64,000 nt of DNA from an uncultured Acidobacteriota bacterium (GCA_963780685.1 CAWACZ010000017.1:320563-384562); one strand, 5' to 3'; positions 49,102 to 59,060 are shown, counted from the stretch's first letter. Program-made: numbers and translations. The notes: generated by a model not told the origin, from the sequence alone.

Positions 49102-51054
49102 CTAGGCGTGGCCCGGACGCCTGAGCCCGAGCTTCGCCAGGCGCGTCTCGAGTGTGGTGGGCTTCAGCCCGAGGCGTTCGGCCGCCCCTCCGCGTCCCCG
49201 GATTCGCCAGCCTGTGCTTTCCAGAACGTCGCGAATGTGTTCCGTCTCCACATCGACCAGTTTCGAGCTGCGCCTGGCCGCGGCCGCTGATGGCAGCGGC
49301 ACCGCGATTGTCAGTCGCTTGTGCGTCGACCCGATCATCGCGCGTTCCACGACATTGCGGAGCTCGCGGATGTTGCCAGGCCAGGGATACCGCTGCAAGG
49401 CTGCGAGGCTGTCCTTGTCGATCGATTCGATCCGCTTGCCGAATGCTTTGGAGAACTCGTCCACGAAGTGCCAGACCAGCAGCGGGATGTCCTCTACGCG
49501 TTCCCGCAACGGTGGTATGTGAATCGGGAACACGCTCAGTCGGTAATAGAGATCCTCTCGGAACAGCCCCTCCGAAATCCGCTGTTCCAGATTGCGATGC
49601 GTCGCTGCGACGATTCGCGTGTCCACCGTAATCGGCCGCGGGCTTCCCAGCCGCTCGATCTGTCGCTCCTCGAGCACGCGCAGCAGCTTCACCTGGACGT
49701 CGGGTGGCAGATCGCCCACTTCATCGAGAAAGATCGTCGAATGATTGGCCAGCTCGAATCGGCCCACCTGTTGCGATAACGCTCCAGTGAATGCGCCTTT
49801 CTCTCGTCCGAACAGCTCGCTTTCGATGAGCGTCGCGGGGATCGCCGCACAGTTCACTCGCACCATCGCCCGGCCGTGCCGCGCTCCAAGCTCGTGGATC
49901 TGCGTCGCGAACAACTCCTTGCCCGTGCCGGTCTCCCCAAGCAGCAGGACCGTCGAGTCGGTCGCAGCCACTTGCTCTATCTGCTCGAGCACCCGGTGGA
50001 CGGCTTCGCTCCTCCCCACGACGCGCGTCAAGCCCAACCGCTCGCGCGCTTCCCGCCGCAGGGACACGTTTTCCACCTGCAGTTCGTCCTTGAGGCGCCG
50101 CGCTTCCACCGTTGCTGCCCGAATGACCTGGTCCCGCAGCTGCCGCGCCAGGACCTGGCCGAACACACTCGCGATCACTCTGAGCCGGTGTACCGCTTCT
50201 GGCAGCCACGGCCGCTCCGTGTGGATGGCGTCGAAGCTCAGGACGCCTGCCACGCGACCGTCAACCAACAGAGGGATGGCCACTGCCGCCTTGATCTGGA
50301 GCGCCCGGCAGGCGTCGCGGTCGATCTCATTCGGAATCTCGGCGAGGGTCGAAAACAACGCCATCTCGCCCGTGACGATGCGGTCGATCGCCCACGGGAA
50401 GCGCGTCTTCAACGGCACAGGGGCGTCCAGCGGTTGAATTTCAGGCGCCGTCCAACTCACGGGATCGACCAGCACGCCATCCGGCCCGAGCCGGTAGAAC
50501 GTGCTCCGATCGAGACCGAGCTTTTCGCAGGTCCGGCGCAGCCCGCTGCGAATCGCCTCGTTGACCTGGCCGGCTGGAAGGTTGATGAACTGGCTCGATA
50601 ACTCGGCAACGACGCGCTCGAAGTCGAGCTGCTCCGCGAGCGTTGCGCGCTGCGCCTCTTCCGACCTGCGGCGCTCGGCAATGTTCACGATGGACGCGAG
50701 CACGAAGAGGCCATCCCTCGTGGGAATCGGATTCAGCCCGATCTCGACCGGAATCTGGGAGCCGTCTTTACGGCGTCCGAAAAGCTCACGACCGGCGCCC
50801 ATTTGCCGCGACTCTGGCATGCGCGCAAAGGCTTGCCGATGCACTGCGTGAGCGTGGCGCTGTGCCTCGGGTACCAAGACATCCACTGTCTGGCCGACGA
50901 GCTCCTCGCGCGCATAGCCGAACTGTCGTTCCAGCTCGCGATTGACGAGCACAATCGTCCCGTGCGGGTCCACCACCAGGATGCTGTTCGGCGACGCCTC
51001 GATTGCGAGCTCAAACGTTTCCGCCAAATCGAGGCCGGAATCGGCCACTTTCAT
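49102..51054 (-). CDS. sigma-54-dependent Fis-family activator with PAS and GAF-like sensor domains
   Basis: PAS (SPNSILVVDPHGTIVLVNRELERQFGY), GAF-like region, [21 protein letters not shown] and WPGNIRELRNV. HTH GGAAERLGLKPTTLETRLAKLGL. Clear paralogue of 11004..12659. Confidence 0.9.
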   Translation of the reverse strand: MKVADSGLDLAETFELAIEASPNSILVVDPHGTIVLVNRELERQFGYAREELVGQTVDVLVPEAQRHAHAVHRQAFARMPESRQMGAGRELFGRRKDGSQIPVEIGLNPIPTRDGLFVLASIVNIAERRRSEEAQRATLAEQLDFERVVAELSSQFINLPAGQVNEAIRSGLRRTCEKLGLDRSTFYRLGPDGVLVDPVSWTAPEIQPLDAPVPLKTRFPWAIDRIVTGEMALFSTLAEIPNEIDRDACRALQIKAAVAIPLLVDGRVAGVLSFDAIHTERPWLPEAVHRLRVIASVFGQVLARQLRDQVIRAATVEARRLKDELQVENVSLRREARERLGLTRVVGRSEAVHRVLEQIEQVAATDSTVLLLGETGTGKELFATQIHELGARHGRAMVRVNCAAIPATLIESELFGREKGAFTGALSQQVGRFELANHSTIFLDEVGDLPPDVQVKLLRVLEERQIERLGSPRPITVDTRIVAATHRNLEQRISEGLFREDLYYRLSVFPIHIPPLRERVEDIPLLVWHFVDEFSKAFGKRIESIDKDSLAALQRYPWPGNIRELRNVVERAMIGSTHKRLTIAVPLPSAAAARRSSKLVDVETEHIRDVLESTGWRIRGRGGAAERLGLKPTTLETRLAKLGLRRPGHA

Positions 51055-51068
51055 CTCCCGTCCCGCCT

Positions 51069-51644
51069 CTACTTCACTTTGGTGACGCCGGTCAGCCGGA
51101 CGGCCTCCGATGCGTAGTCTTCCACGACGAACGCATCCTGCCTCAACGTGACCTTGGCAGCGGGCGCAAGCGTGCCCGAGCCCCTGCCGTTGGCATCGAC
51201 TTCGATGTCGATGACGGCGAAGTCGTACCCCTCTTTCGACTGAGCGCCAGGGACGCCGGCGCCGAGAAACACGAGCGGCTGGTCGGTCACCATCGTCAAG
51301 AGCCGGCCTTTGTCGGTGGGTCGTTCGAGAGCAATCCGCGTCGGCGTCGCCGCTCGGCCCTCGAATCGGACCGAGCCTGTCGGAGGGACGCCCGCGAGCG
51401 CCTTTCGTAGCTCAGCTGCGCCGCCAGTCCTGAATGCGGCCTTCAGGCGGTCGGCTTCGCTTTGAGACATCTTTCGGTCAACGCTAATCGTCAGTGGCGC
51501 GGTCGTCGTCGCGCCGCCGGCCGTTCTTACGGTCGCAGTTGCGCTGAAGGTTTCGGCGCCAGCCTGGGCGCCCACAATTGACGCGGCGGCGAGGAGGACA
51601 GTCAAGGCAAGAAGGCCTCTCATCGTCTTCTGTCGAAGGTTCAT
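51069..51644 (-). CDS. secreted protein of unknown function, first gene of the PAS-GAF bEBP operon
   Basis: Only the C-terminal ~190 codons of listed ORF 51069..52364 are credible (Met at 51644 or 51623; signal peptide MRGLLALTVLLAAASIVGAQA). The rest of that ORF is antisense to atpB. Stop lies 14 nt before the bEBP start. Confidence 0.55.
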   Translation of the reverse strand: MNLRQKTMRGLLALTVLLAAASIVGAQAGAETFSATATVRTAGGATTTAPLTISVDRKMSQSEADRLKAAFRTGGAAELRKALAGVPPTGSVRFEGRAATPTRIALERPTDKGRLLTMVTDQPLVFLGAGVPGAQSKEGYDFAVIDIEVDANGRGSGTLAPAAKVTLRQDAFVVEDYASEAVRLTGVTKVK

Positions 51645-51691
51645 TGGTTCCCAAGCCTTTCCGCTCGCCATCGCGAGCCCATAAAACATGA

Positions 51692-51708
51692 GTGCAGCAG
51701 ATGTACCG
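51692..51708 (-). promoter_or_regulatory. candidate sigma-54 -24/-12 promoter
   Basis: Minus strand reads CGGTACATCTGCTGCAC (GG-N10-GC). 87 bp from palindrome copy 5 and ~38 nt upstream of the Met at 51644. Confidence 0.35.
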
Positions 51709-51793
51709 TCCATTTCGAGCAGCGAAGATAGCTCTGAGTTGACGCGATGTAAAGAAATGACGCCAATTTGGGCCAACGATGCGACTGACCATT

Positions 51794-51828
51794 CTCCGGC
51801 ATCGCGGAGACCCTCCGGAATGCCGGAG
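51794..51828. promoter_or_regulatory. tandem palindrome element, copy 5 (best-conserved copy)
   Basis: CTCCGGCATCGCGGAG acc CTCCGGAATGCCGGAG. Lies in the divergent region between the bEBP operon and the atp operon. Confidence 0.45.
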
Positions 51829-51924
51829 GGTGCAGCGAGGACTGATCGACGTCCACGCGGCGAAAGCCACGACAAGCGAGTTGGATTCAGGGCTTCACGG
51901 AGGTTCGTGAGCCGGTCCGGGCCG

Positions 51925-51940
51925 TGGCATGCGCCGTGCT
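51925..51940 (+). promoter_or_regulatory. candidate sigma-54-like -24/-12 element in front of atpB
   Basis: TGGCATGCGCCGTGCT (GG 51926-27, GC 51938-39). Closely resembles the elements at 12908 and 16663. 98 bp from copy 5. Overlaps the alternative GTG start (51924) of the listed atpB ORF. Confidence 0.3.
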
Positions 51941-51962
51941 GCAGAGCGGGCGCGGCATCGAC

Positions 51963-52820
51963 ATGAACGGCTTCGCCATCATCTGTCTTGGCTTCTTCGA
52001 ACAAGCGGAACAACACGGCTTGTCGCAGAAGGCGGTCGAAATCGCCAAGCCCTGGGGCTTTCCGATCACGAACTCCATGGTCGTCACCTGGATCGTGGCC
52101 TTGGGCCTGATCGTCTTCGCCCAAGCCGCGACACGCCGCATGGCACAAGTGCCCAGTGGGGCGCAGAACCTTTTGGAATGGCTCGTCGAGGGACTGTACG
52201 GCCTTCTCGAGAGCATCATTGGCCCACATCTGGTCAAGCGGACGTTCTGGTTCTTTGCGACGATCTTCATCTTTATTCTCGCCGCCAATTGGGTCGGCCT
52301 TGTCCCGGGCGTCGGCACGATCGGATGGGGCCACCAGACGCCAGAGGGTTTCAGGATCGACCAACCGTTGTTCCGCGGCGCGAACGCCGATCTCAACCTG
52401 ACGCTGGCCATGGCCCTGGTGTTCTTTGCGTGCTGGATCGTCTGGGCGCTTCAGGAAGCGGGTCCGCGCGGCGTGCTGAAGGAGCTATTCGCACCGAAGG
52501 GAGACACGACGGGTTTCTTGCGAGTGCTCATGATTGTCGTGTTCTTCGCCGCCGGTTGTCTGGAGATCGTCTCGATTCTGTTCCGCCCGGTGTCGTTGAG
52601 CTTTCGGCTTTACGGCAACATCTTCGCGGGCGAGAACATGCTGGAGGCCATGGCGACGATCGTTCCTGGCCTCGGCTGGATGTTGCCGATACCGTTCTAT
52701 TTCATGGAGCTGTTGGTCGGCCTGGTCCAGGCGATGGTGTTCATGCTGTTGACCGCCGTCTTCACGCTCCTCATCTGTCAGCACCACGAGGAAGCTGGGT
52801 CTGCGGCCGTGCACGGCTGA
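51963..52820 (+). CDS. atpB: F0F1 ATP synthase subunit a
   Basis: ITNSMVVTW, LSFRLYGNIFAGE (conserved Arg) and multiple TM helices. Start is ATG 51963 or GTG 51924. Confidence 0.85.
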   Translation: MNGFAIICLGFFEQAEQHGLSQKAVEIAKPWGFPITNSMVVTWIVALGLIVFAQAATRRMAQVPSGAQNLLEWLVEGLYGLLESIIGPHLVKRTFWFFATIFIFILAANWVGLVPGVGTIGWGHQTPEGFRIDQPLFRGANADLNLTLAMALVFFACWIVWALQEAGPRGVLKELFAPKGDTTGFLRVLMIVVFFAAGCLEIVSILFRPVSLSFRLYGNIFAGENMLEAMATIVPGLGWMLPIPFYFMELLVGLVQAMVFMLLTAVFTLLICQHHEEAGSAAVHG

Positions 52821-52861
52821 AGTCGGGGAAGAGTGGGAGGGAGCGGCGTGGGGCGTGGGGT

Positions 52862-52943
52862 CCCCGCAAGCGACCGAGCCGGCCGCCTTCGCGCCGTAGG
52901 CGCTTCGGCGAGCCTCGCCGTAGCTCGAAGAGCAGAGGCGGGG
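52862..52943. repeat. second type of structured palindromic element (outer stem CCCCGC/GCGGGG with inner hairpins)
   Basis: CGCC-ttc-GCGCC-gta-GGCGC-ttc-GGCG and GCTC-gaa-GAGC hairpins, enclosed by CCCCGC (52862-67) and GCGGGG (52938-43). Lies in the atpB-atpE spacer. Confidence 0.55.
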
Positions 52944-52980
52944 GGTTTGGGGCAGAGGCCATTTAGAAAGGACTACTCCG

Positions 52981-53166
52981 ATGATTGGAAGTTTGCACGT
53001 CGGCCTGGCAGCTCTGGGCGCCGCCATCGGCGTTGGATTGATCGGGATGGGAGCGTCGACGGCGGTCGGACGAAATCCCGGCGCGTCCACGAAGATCATG
53101 GTCCAGTCGATTCTGGCCATTGCCTTCGCTGAAGCGATCGTGTTTTACGCGCTGTTTCTCTTGTAA
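52981..53166 (+). CDS. atpE: F0F1 ATP synthase subunit c
   Basis: 61-aa two-helix proteolipid with a GRNPG loop and conserved carboxylate (AFAEAIVFY). Confidence 0.9.
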   Translation: MIGSLHVGLAALGAAIGVGLIGMGASTAVGRNPGASTKIMVQSILAIAFAEAIVFYALFLL

Positions 53167-53232
53167 TAGACGGAGCGTTCCTGGGCACCGCCACGCGATG
53201 GCGCCGCCCGGGGACGAAGCGAGTTCGCAATC

Positions 53233-53775
53233 ATGCATCCTCTAGCGCTGCAGGTCGTGGCGGAGGGCGGCGGACGACTCGAACAGGTCGCCCGCACGTT
53301 CGGGGTCGACTGGCCTCATCTGGCGGCCCAGATGGTCAGCTTCGGGATCGTTTGCGTCGTGCTGTATGCGCTCGCGTACAAACCGATCCTCCGGATCCTC
53401 GAGGCCCGTCGCCAGCAGATCGCCAGCGGTCTGGCCAACGCGCAGAAGATCGAGGCGCAGTTGGCCCGAATCGAAGTCGACCGTCGGGATGTGCTGACGA
53501 AGGCCGGCGCAGAGGGGAAGCAATTGATTGAGGAAGCCCGTGCGGCGGCCGCGCGCGTCCAGGCGGAAGAAACCCGGAAGGCCATGGCTGCCGCCGAACA
53601 GATTCTCGTCCGAGCCCGCGAGGCCGCCGAACGGGACCGCGCGCACATGTTGGCCGAACTCAGGCGCGAGGTTGGCCGGCTCGTTGTCCAGACGACGGCA
53701 TCGGTGACGGGCAAGGTCTTGACGACCGAGGATCACCGTCGCCTGGCCGAGGAGACCGCCAGGCAGCTGGGATGA
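53233..53775 (+). CDS. atpF: F0F1 ATP synthase subunit b
   Basis: One N-terminal TM helix, then a long Ala/Arg/Glu-rich helix. Position between atpE and atpH. Confidence 0.8.
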   Translation: MHPLALQVVAEGGGRLEQVARTFGVDWPHLAAQMVSFGIVCVVLYALAYKPILRILEARRQQIASGLANAQKIEAQLARIEVDRRDVLTKAGAEGKQLIEEARAAAARVQAEETRKAMAAAEQILVRAREAAERDRAHMLAELRREVGRLVVQTTASVTGKVLTTEDHRRLAEETARQLG

Positions 53776-53778
53776 GCC

Positions 53779-54171
53779 ATGAAAACGACCAGAAGAACCA
53801 GGCAGGCCGCGCGACAACTGTTCCGATTGTGTCTGGTCGATCAAAGGCTGAATGGCGACCGCGTCAGACTGGTTGCGGGGCGGCTCGCCGAATCCAAACG
53901 CCGTGGTTCGCTGGCCGTGCTCTCGGATTTTCGGCGGATGGTCAGATTGGAACGGGATCGGCACAAAGCGGTCGTTGAAACCGCCACGACTCTGGCGGAC
54001 GACCTGCGAAGCGGGGTCCAGGCGGACTTGGCGCGCGTCTACGGCCCTGGGCTCGAAACCTCGTTCGAGCAGAACCCGGGACTGATCGGGGGGATGCGTA
54101 TCAAGGTCGGCAGCGACGTTTATGACGGCAGCGTGCGGGCCAGGCTGGCGGCGATCGAGTCGCGCTTGTGA
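53779..54171 (+). CDS. atpH: F0F1 ATP synthase subunit delta (short, 130 aa)
   Basis: C-terminal OSCP-like motif NPGLIGGMRIKVGSDVYDGSVRARL. About 50 aa shorter at the N-terminus than typical delta subunits. Confidence 0.7.
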   Translation: MKTTRRTRQAARQLFRLCLVDQRLNGDRVRLVAGRLAESKRRGSLAVLSDFRRMVRLERDRHKAVVETATTLADDLRSGVQADLARVYGPGLETSFEQNPGLIGGMRIKVGSDVYDGSVRARLAAIESRL

Positions 54172-54257
54172 TTGCAGCGGGTGCACGCGTCCGGCATCGA
54201 AACGCGCGACGCGACCATCGAGTGAGCGCGCGGTGGGTGAGTTGCGCGTTCGTTGGC

Positions 54258-54321
54258 GTAGCGCAGGCCTTTCAGGGCTGCTTGTCCGTCGGGCGCCGGC
54301 AGGCCTAAAGGCCTGCGCTAC
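54258..54321. repeat. REP-like structured palindromic element, copy 2
   Basis: GTAGCGC-[GCAGGCC tttca GGGCTGC]-linker-[GCAGGCC taaa GGCCTGC]-GCGCTAC. Lies in the atpH-atpA spacer. Confidence 0.85.
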
Positions 54322-54386
54322 GTTAAGCGGGCGGCTACATAAGCGGGCGGCGTCAACGAAGGCCTCCCGGGATTAGGTAGGAACAC

Positions 54387-55922
54387 ATGGCCGACCTGGT
54401 GCAGGAAATAGAAGCCCAAATCGCCGGAGCGAAGGCCGCGACCGCCAAGCAGTCCGTGGGCCTCATTCGCGAGATTGGCGATGGCGTCGCCCGAGTCGAG
54501 GGCCTTGGTGACGTGATGCTCAACGAGATGCTCGACTTCGGGCACGGCATCACAGGCCTGGCCCTGAATCTCGACGAGACCGAGGTCGGCGTGATCATTC
54601 TGGGCGACTACACACAGCTCGAGGAGGGCGGGGAAGTCCGAGGGACCGGAAAACTCCTCCAGGTGCCCGTCGGCAAGGGCCTGCTGGGTCGTGTCGTCAA
54701 TACGCTCGGTGAGCCTCTCGATGGCAAAGGTCCCATCGCCAGCAGCGTCGCCTATCCGGTCGAAAAGCTCGCCCCCGGGATCATCCGGCGGCGCCCGATC
54801 GGGCAGCCGGTTCAGACGGGCATCATGCCGATCGACGCCATGATCCCGATCGGCCGCGGGCAGCGGGAGCTCATCATCGGCGACCGTTCCACGGGCAAGA
54901 CGACGATCTGCATCGACACGATCCTCAGTCAGGCTCGTCTAAATCAGGCGGCCGAAGCGGCCGGCGACACGAGCTATCGACCGCTCTATTCCATCTACGT
55001 GGCGATCGGCCAGAAGCAGTCCACGATCGCTCAGATCATCACGATTTTGGAAGAAGCGGGGGCGATGCCCTACAGCATCATCGTCGCATCGCCTGCGGCG
55101 GATTCCGCGACCAGTCAGTACCTGGCGCCGTTTGCCGGTGCGGCGATGGGCGAGTGGTTCATGGACAACGGCATGGACGCGCTGATCGTGTACGACGACT
55201 TGTCCAAGCACGCCGTCGCCTACCGTCAGGTGTCTCTCGTCTTGAAACGGCCGTCGGGTCGGGAAGCCTACCCAGGAGACGTGTTCTACCTGCACAGCCG
55301 GCTGCTCGAGCGAGCCGCGCGCGTCGGCGAACAATACGGCAATGGTTCCCTCACGGCGCTGCCGATCATTGAGACACAGTCCGGAGACGTATCCGCGTAC
55401 ATCCCCACCAATGTCATTTCGATCACGGACGGACAGATCTTCCTGGAAACCGACCTGTTCTACCAGGGGATCCGCCCCGCCATCTCGGTTGGCATCTCGG
55501 TGTCTCGTGTGGGATCGGCAGCACAGCTCAAGGCCATGAAGCAGGTCGCCGGACAGCTCAAAGGTGATCTCGCGCAGTTTCGGGAGCTGGCGGCGTTTGC
55601 ACAGTTTGGATCCGAGCTGGATGCCGCAACACAGGCGAAGATCGACCGTGGCAAGCGCATTGTCGAACTCTTCAAGCAGTCCCAGTACAGTCCGGTTCCG
55701 GTCGAGGTCCAGGTCGGGGTGATCTGGGCGGTTCAAAACGGGTACGTGGATGATGTGCCGGTCGAACGCATCAAGGAATTCCAAGCCAGCTGGACCGACT
55801 TCCTGATTACGCGTAAGGCCAGCGTGCTGGAGAAAATCGTAGCGGAGAAAGCGCTGAGTGAGCCATTGACGGCGGAGTTGAAGAGCGCTGCCGATCAATT
55901 CAAACAGACGTGGAAGAAATAG
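54387..55922 (+). CDS. atpA: F0F1 ATP synthase subunit alpha
   Basis: [10 protein letters not shown]-loop and a typical alpha-subunit sequence throughout. 511 aa. Confidence 0.95.
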   Translation: MADLVQEIEAQIAGAKAATAKQSVGLIREIGDGVARVEGLGDVMLNEMLDFGHGITGLALNLDETEVGVIILGDYTQLEEGGEVRGTGKLLQVPVGKGLLGRVVNTLGEPLDGKGPIASSVAYPVEKLAPGIIRRRPIGQPVQTGIMPIDAMIPIGRGQRELIIGDRSTGKTTICIDTILSQARLNQAAEAAGDTSYRPLYSIYVAIGQKQSTIAQIITILEEAGAMPYSIIVASPAADSATSQYLAPFAGAAMGEWFMDNGMDALIVYDDLSKHAVAYRQVSLVLKRPSGREAYPGDVFYLHSRLLERAARVGEQYGNGSLTALPIIETQSGDVSAYIPTNVISITDGQIFLETDLFYQGIRPAISVGISVSRVGSAAQLKAMKQVAGQLKGDLAQFRELAAFAQFGSELDAATQAKIDRGKRIVELFKQSQYSPVPVEVQVGVIWAVQNGYVDDVPVERIKEFQASWTDFLITRKASVLEKIVAEKALSEPLTAELKSAADQFKQTWKK

Positions 55923-56053
55923 TTCTCAGCTGTCAGCTCTCAGCTGCCAGTGGAAGCAACAAGACGGTCGAAGGCCAAGAACTGAAAAGCTGACCGTTTG
56001 ATAGCTGAGAGCTGAAAACTGAGGGAGCCGACAGCTGACAGCTGAAAACTGAT
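55923..56053. repeat. heptamer-based spacer: (YTNYCAG)x4, then (CTGRRRR) units running up to the atpG ATG
   Basis: TTCTCAG CTGTCAG CTCTCAG CTGCCAG at 55923-55950. CTGAGAG CTGAAAA CTGAGGG ... CTGACAG CTGAAAA CTGAT-ATG at 56005-56056. The two blocks are partly complementary (for example AGCTCTCAGCT / AGCTGAGAGCT). Confidence 0.85.
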
Positions 56054-56921
56054 ATGAACTCCCCCCGCGATCTTCGCAGACGCATCAAGTCCATCAGCGG
56101 CACGGCGCAAATCACCAAAGCCATGCAGATGGTGGCGGCGTCGAAGATGCGCAAGGCTCAGCAGGCCGCTATCGCCACCGCGCCATTTGCGCGGCTGTTG
56201 TACCGCATCCAGCGCCGCGCGACCACACGGGTACGCGACTTCTCGCATCCGCTGATGCAGGTGCGCGACGTCCGCACGCGCGCGGTGATCCTGATCGCGG
56301 CCGACAAGGGTCTCTGCGGGGCGCTCAACACCAACGTCTTCCGCATCGCCGCACAGTTCGATCCCGAATCGACGATCTTCATCACCGCCGGGCGCAAGGC
56401 CGCGCAGTTCGTCGCCCGCACGCGGCGGCGGCTGGCCGCCGAATTCGCCTACGGCGATTCGCCGACGTTTCCCGAGGCCAGAGCGATTGCCGGCTTCGCG
56501 GGCGACCTCTTCCTGAAGGGAGAGGTGGACCAGGTGCAGATCGTCACCACGCGTTTCGTGAACACCCTCACACAAGAGCCCGTCTCGATGGAGTTTCTGC
56601 CAGTGGGGACGATCGCTGGGATGAAGGTCGTCTGGAGCGGAATCCGAGGAGACCTTGGCTGCTGACACGGCGGAGACGGTGTTCGAACCCAGCGCTGAGG
56701 CGGTTCTGGGGTATATGGTCGGGCGCTATCTGAACATTTACATCTACTACATCTTGCTGAGTGCCAAGGCCAGCGAGCAGAGCGCTCGCATGGTGTCGAT
56801 GAAGAACGCGACCGACAGCGCCGAAAGCCTGATCAAGGACTTGACGCTCGAGTACAACAAGCTGCGTCAGGGCAACATCACGAGGGAATTGCTGGAGATT
56901 GCAGGCGGCCAGGCGGACTGA
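56054..56921 (+). CDS. atpG: F0F1 ATP synthase subunit gamma, frameshifted as assembled
   Basis: N-terminus RRRIKSISGTAQITKAMQMVAASKMRKAQ and C-terminus ARMVSMKNATDSAESLIKDLTLEYNKLRQGNITRELLEI lie in different frames (listed ORFs 56054..56665 and 56655..56921). The shift is near 56628-56634. Confidence 0.9.
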
Positions 56922-56945
56922 GAGCTGAGGGCTGAGGGCTGAGGA
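56918..56945. repeat. heptamer array (CTGAGRG)x4 incorporating the atpG TGA stop
   Basis: CTGAGAG CTGAGGG CTGAGGG CTGAGGA, read directly. Confidence 0.9.
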
Positions 56946-56959
56946 TGGTATGAGTGTGT

Positions 56960-57044
56960 GAAGAAATCGCTGTAGCGCAGGCCTTTCAGGCCTGCTTTGT
57001 CGGGCAGCCCTAAAGGGGCTGCGCTACATCAGTGCGATTTCTTC
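56960..57044. repeat. REP-like element copy 3, flanked by 11-bp inverted repeats (MITE-like unit)
   Basis: GAAGAAATCGC (56960-70) ... GTAGCGC-[GCAGGCC tttca GGCCTGC]-linker-[GCAGCCC taaag GGGCTGC]-GCGCTAC (56972-57027) ... GCGATTTCTTC (57034-44). Confidence 0.85.
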
Positions 57045-57064
57045 TGAGAGCTGAGAGCTGAGGA
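57044..57064. repeat. heptamer array (CTGAGAG/CTGAGGA)x3 just upstream of the atpD ATG
   Basis: CTGAGAG CTGAGAG CTGAGGA, then cgtt-ATG. The last unit provides a GAGGA SD. Confidence 0.9.
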
Positions 57065-57068
57065 CGTT

Positions 57069-58470
<1,402 letters not shown>

Positions 58471-58544
58471 CTGATACTGAAAACTGATAGCTGAAAACTG
58501 ATAGCTGGTAGCTGGAAGCTGGAAGCTGGAAGCTGGTAGCTGAT
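58471..58544. repeat. heptamer array (CTGRWAG)n, ~10 units filling the whole atpD-atpC spacer
   Basis: CTGATAC TGAAAA CTGATAG CTGAAAA CTGATAG CTGGTAG CTGGAAG x3 CTGGTAG CTGAT-ATG. Confidence 0.9.
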
Positions 58545-58955
58545 ATGGCCGAGACCCTCAAGCTGGAAATCGTGACGCCGGAGGCAACGGTCTTCTCCGA
58601 AGACGTGAACCTGGTCACCTTGCCGGGCGTCGAGGGGCAGTTCGGCGTGTATCCTCGGCACGTCCGACTGATTACTCAAGTGGTGCCCGGTGAGATCATC
58701 GTGCTCAAAGACGGCCAGGAGAGATTGCTCGCCGTCGGTGAAGGGCTCGTGGAGATTGACAGCGATCATGTGGCGATCGTGACCGATATGGCCGTTCCCG
58801 CGGAGAAGGTCGACGAGGCCAAGGCCGAAGAGGCGCGCGCACGCGCTGAGGCGCGGCTTGGCGAGAAGATCTCCGACGAGGAAGTGGCGTCCGTCAACGC
58901 GTCGCTCGCCCGATCCCTGGCGCTGCTGCAGGTGAAGCGGCGTCGACGGATGTGA
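58545..58955 (+). CDS. atpC: F0F1 ATP synthase subunit epsilon
   Basis: 136 aa. LKLEIVTPEATVFSEDVNLVTLPGVEGQFGVYPRH is a typical epsilon N-terminal beta-sandwich, followed by a helical C-terminus. Confidence 0.9.
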   Translation: MAETLKLEIVTPEATVFSEDVNLVTLPGVEGQFGVYPRHVRLITQVVPGEIIVLKDGQERLLAVGEGLVEIDSDHVAIVTDMAVPAEKVDEAKAEEARARAEARLGEKISDEEVASVNASLARSLALLQVKRRRRM

Positions 58956-59060
58956 AACGACAGAGCTCACGAGCCGGCAGGCGTCTCGACAGGTGCATAG
59001 GAATCCACTCCAGCTCTTGCTTCGCTGCCGCTGGCGACGCGCAGCGGGATTCCGCCAACA

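Noticed and set aside
51645-52364. Upstream 240 codons of listed ORF 51069..52364.
   Set aside because: Part of it is antisense to atpB and part lies in the promoter region, with no family signal. A signal peptide and plausible starts are at 51644 and 51623.
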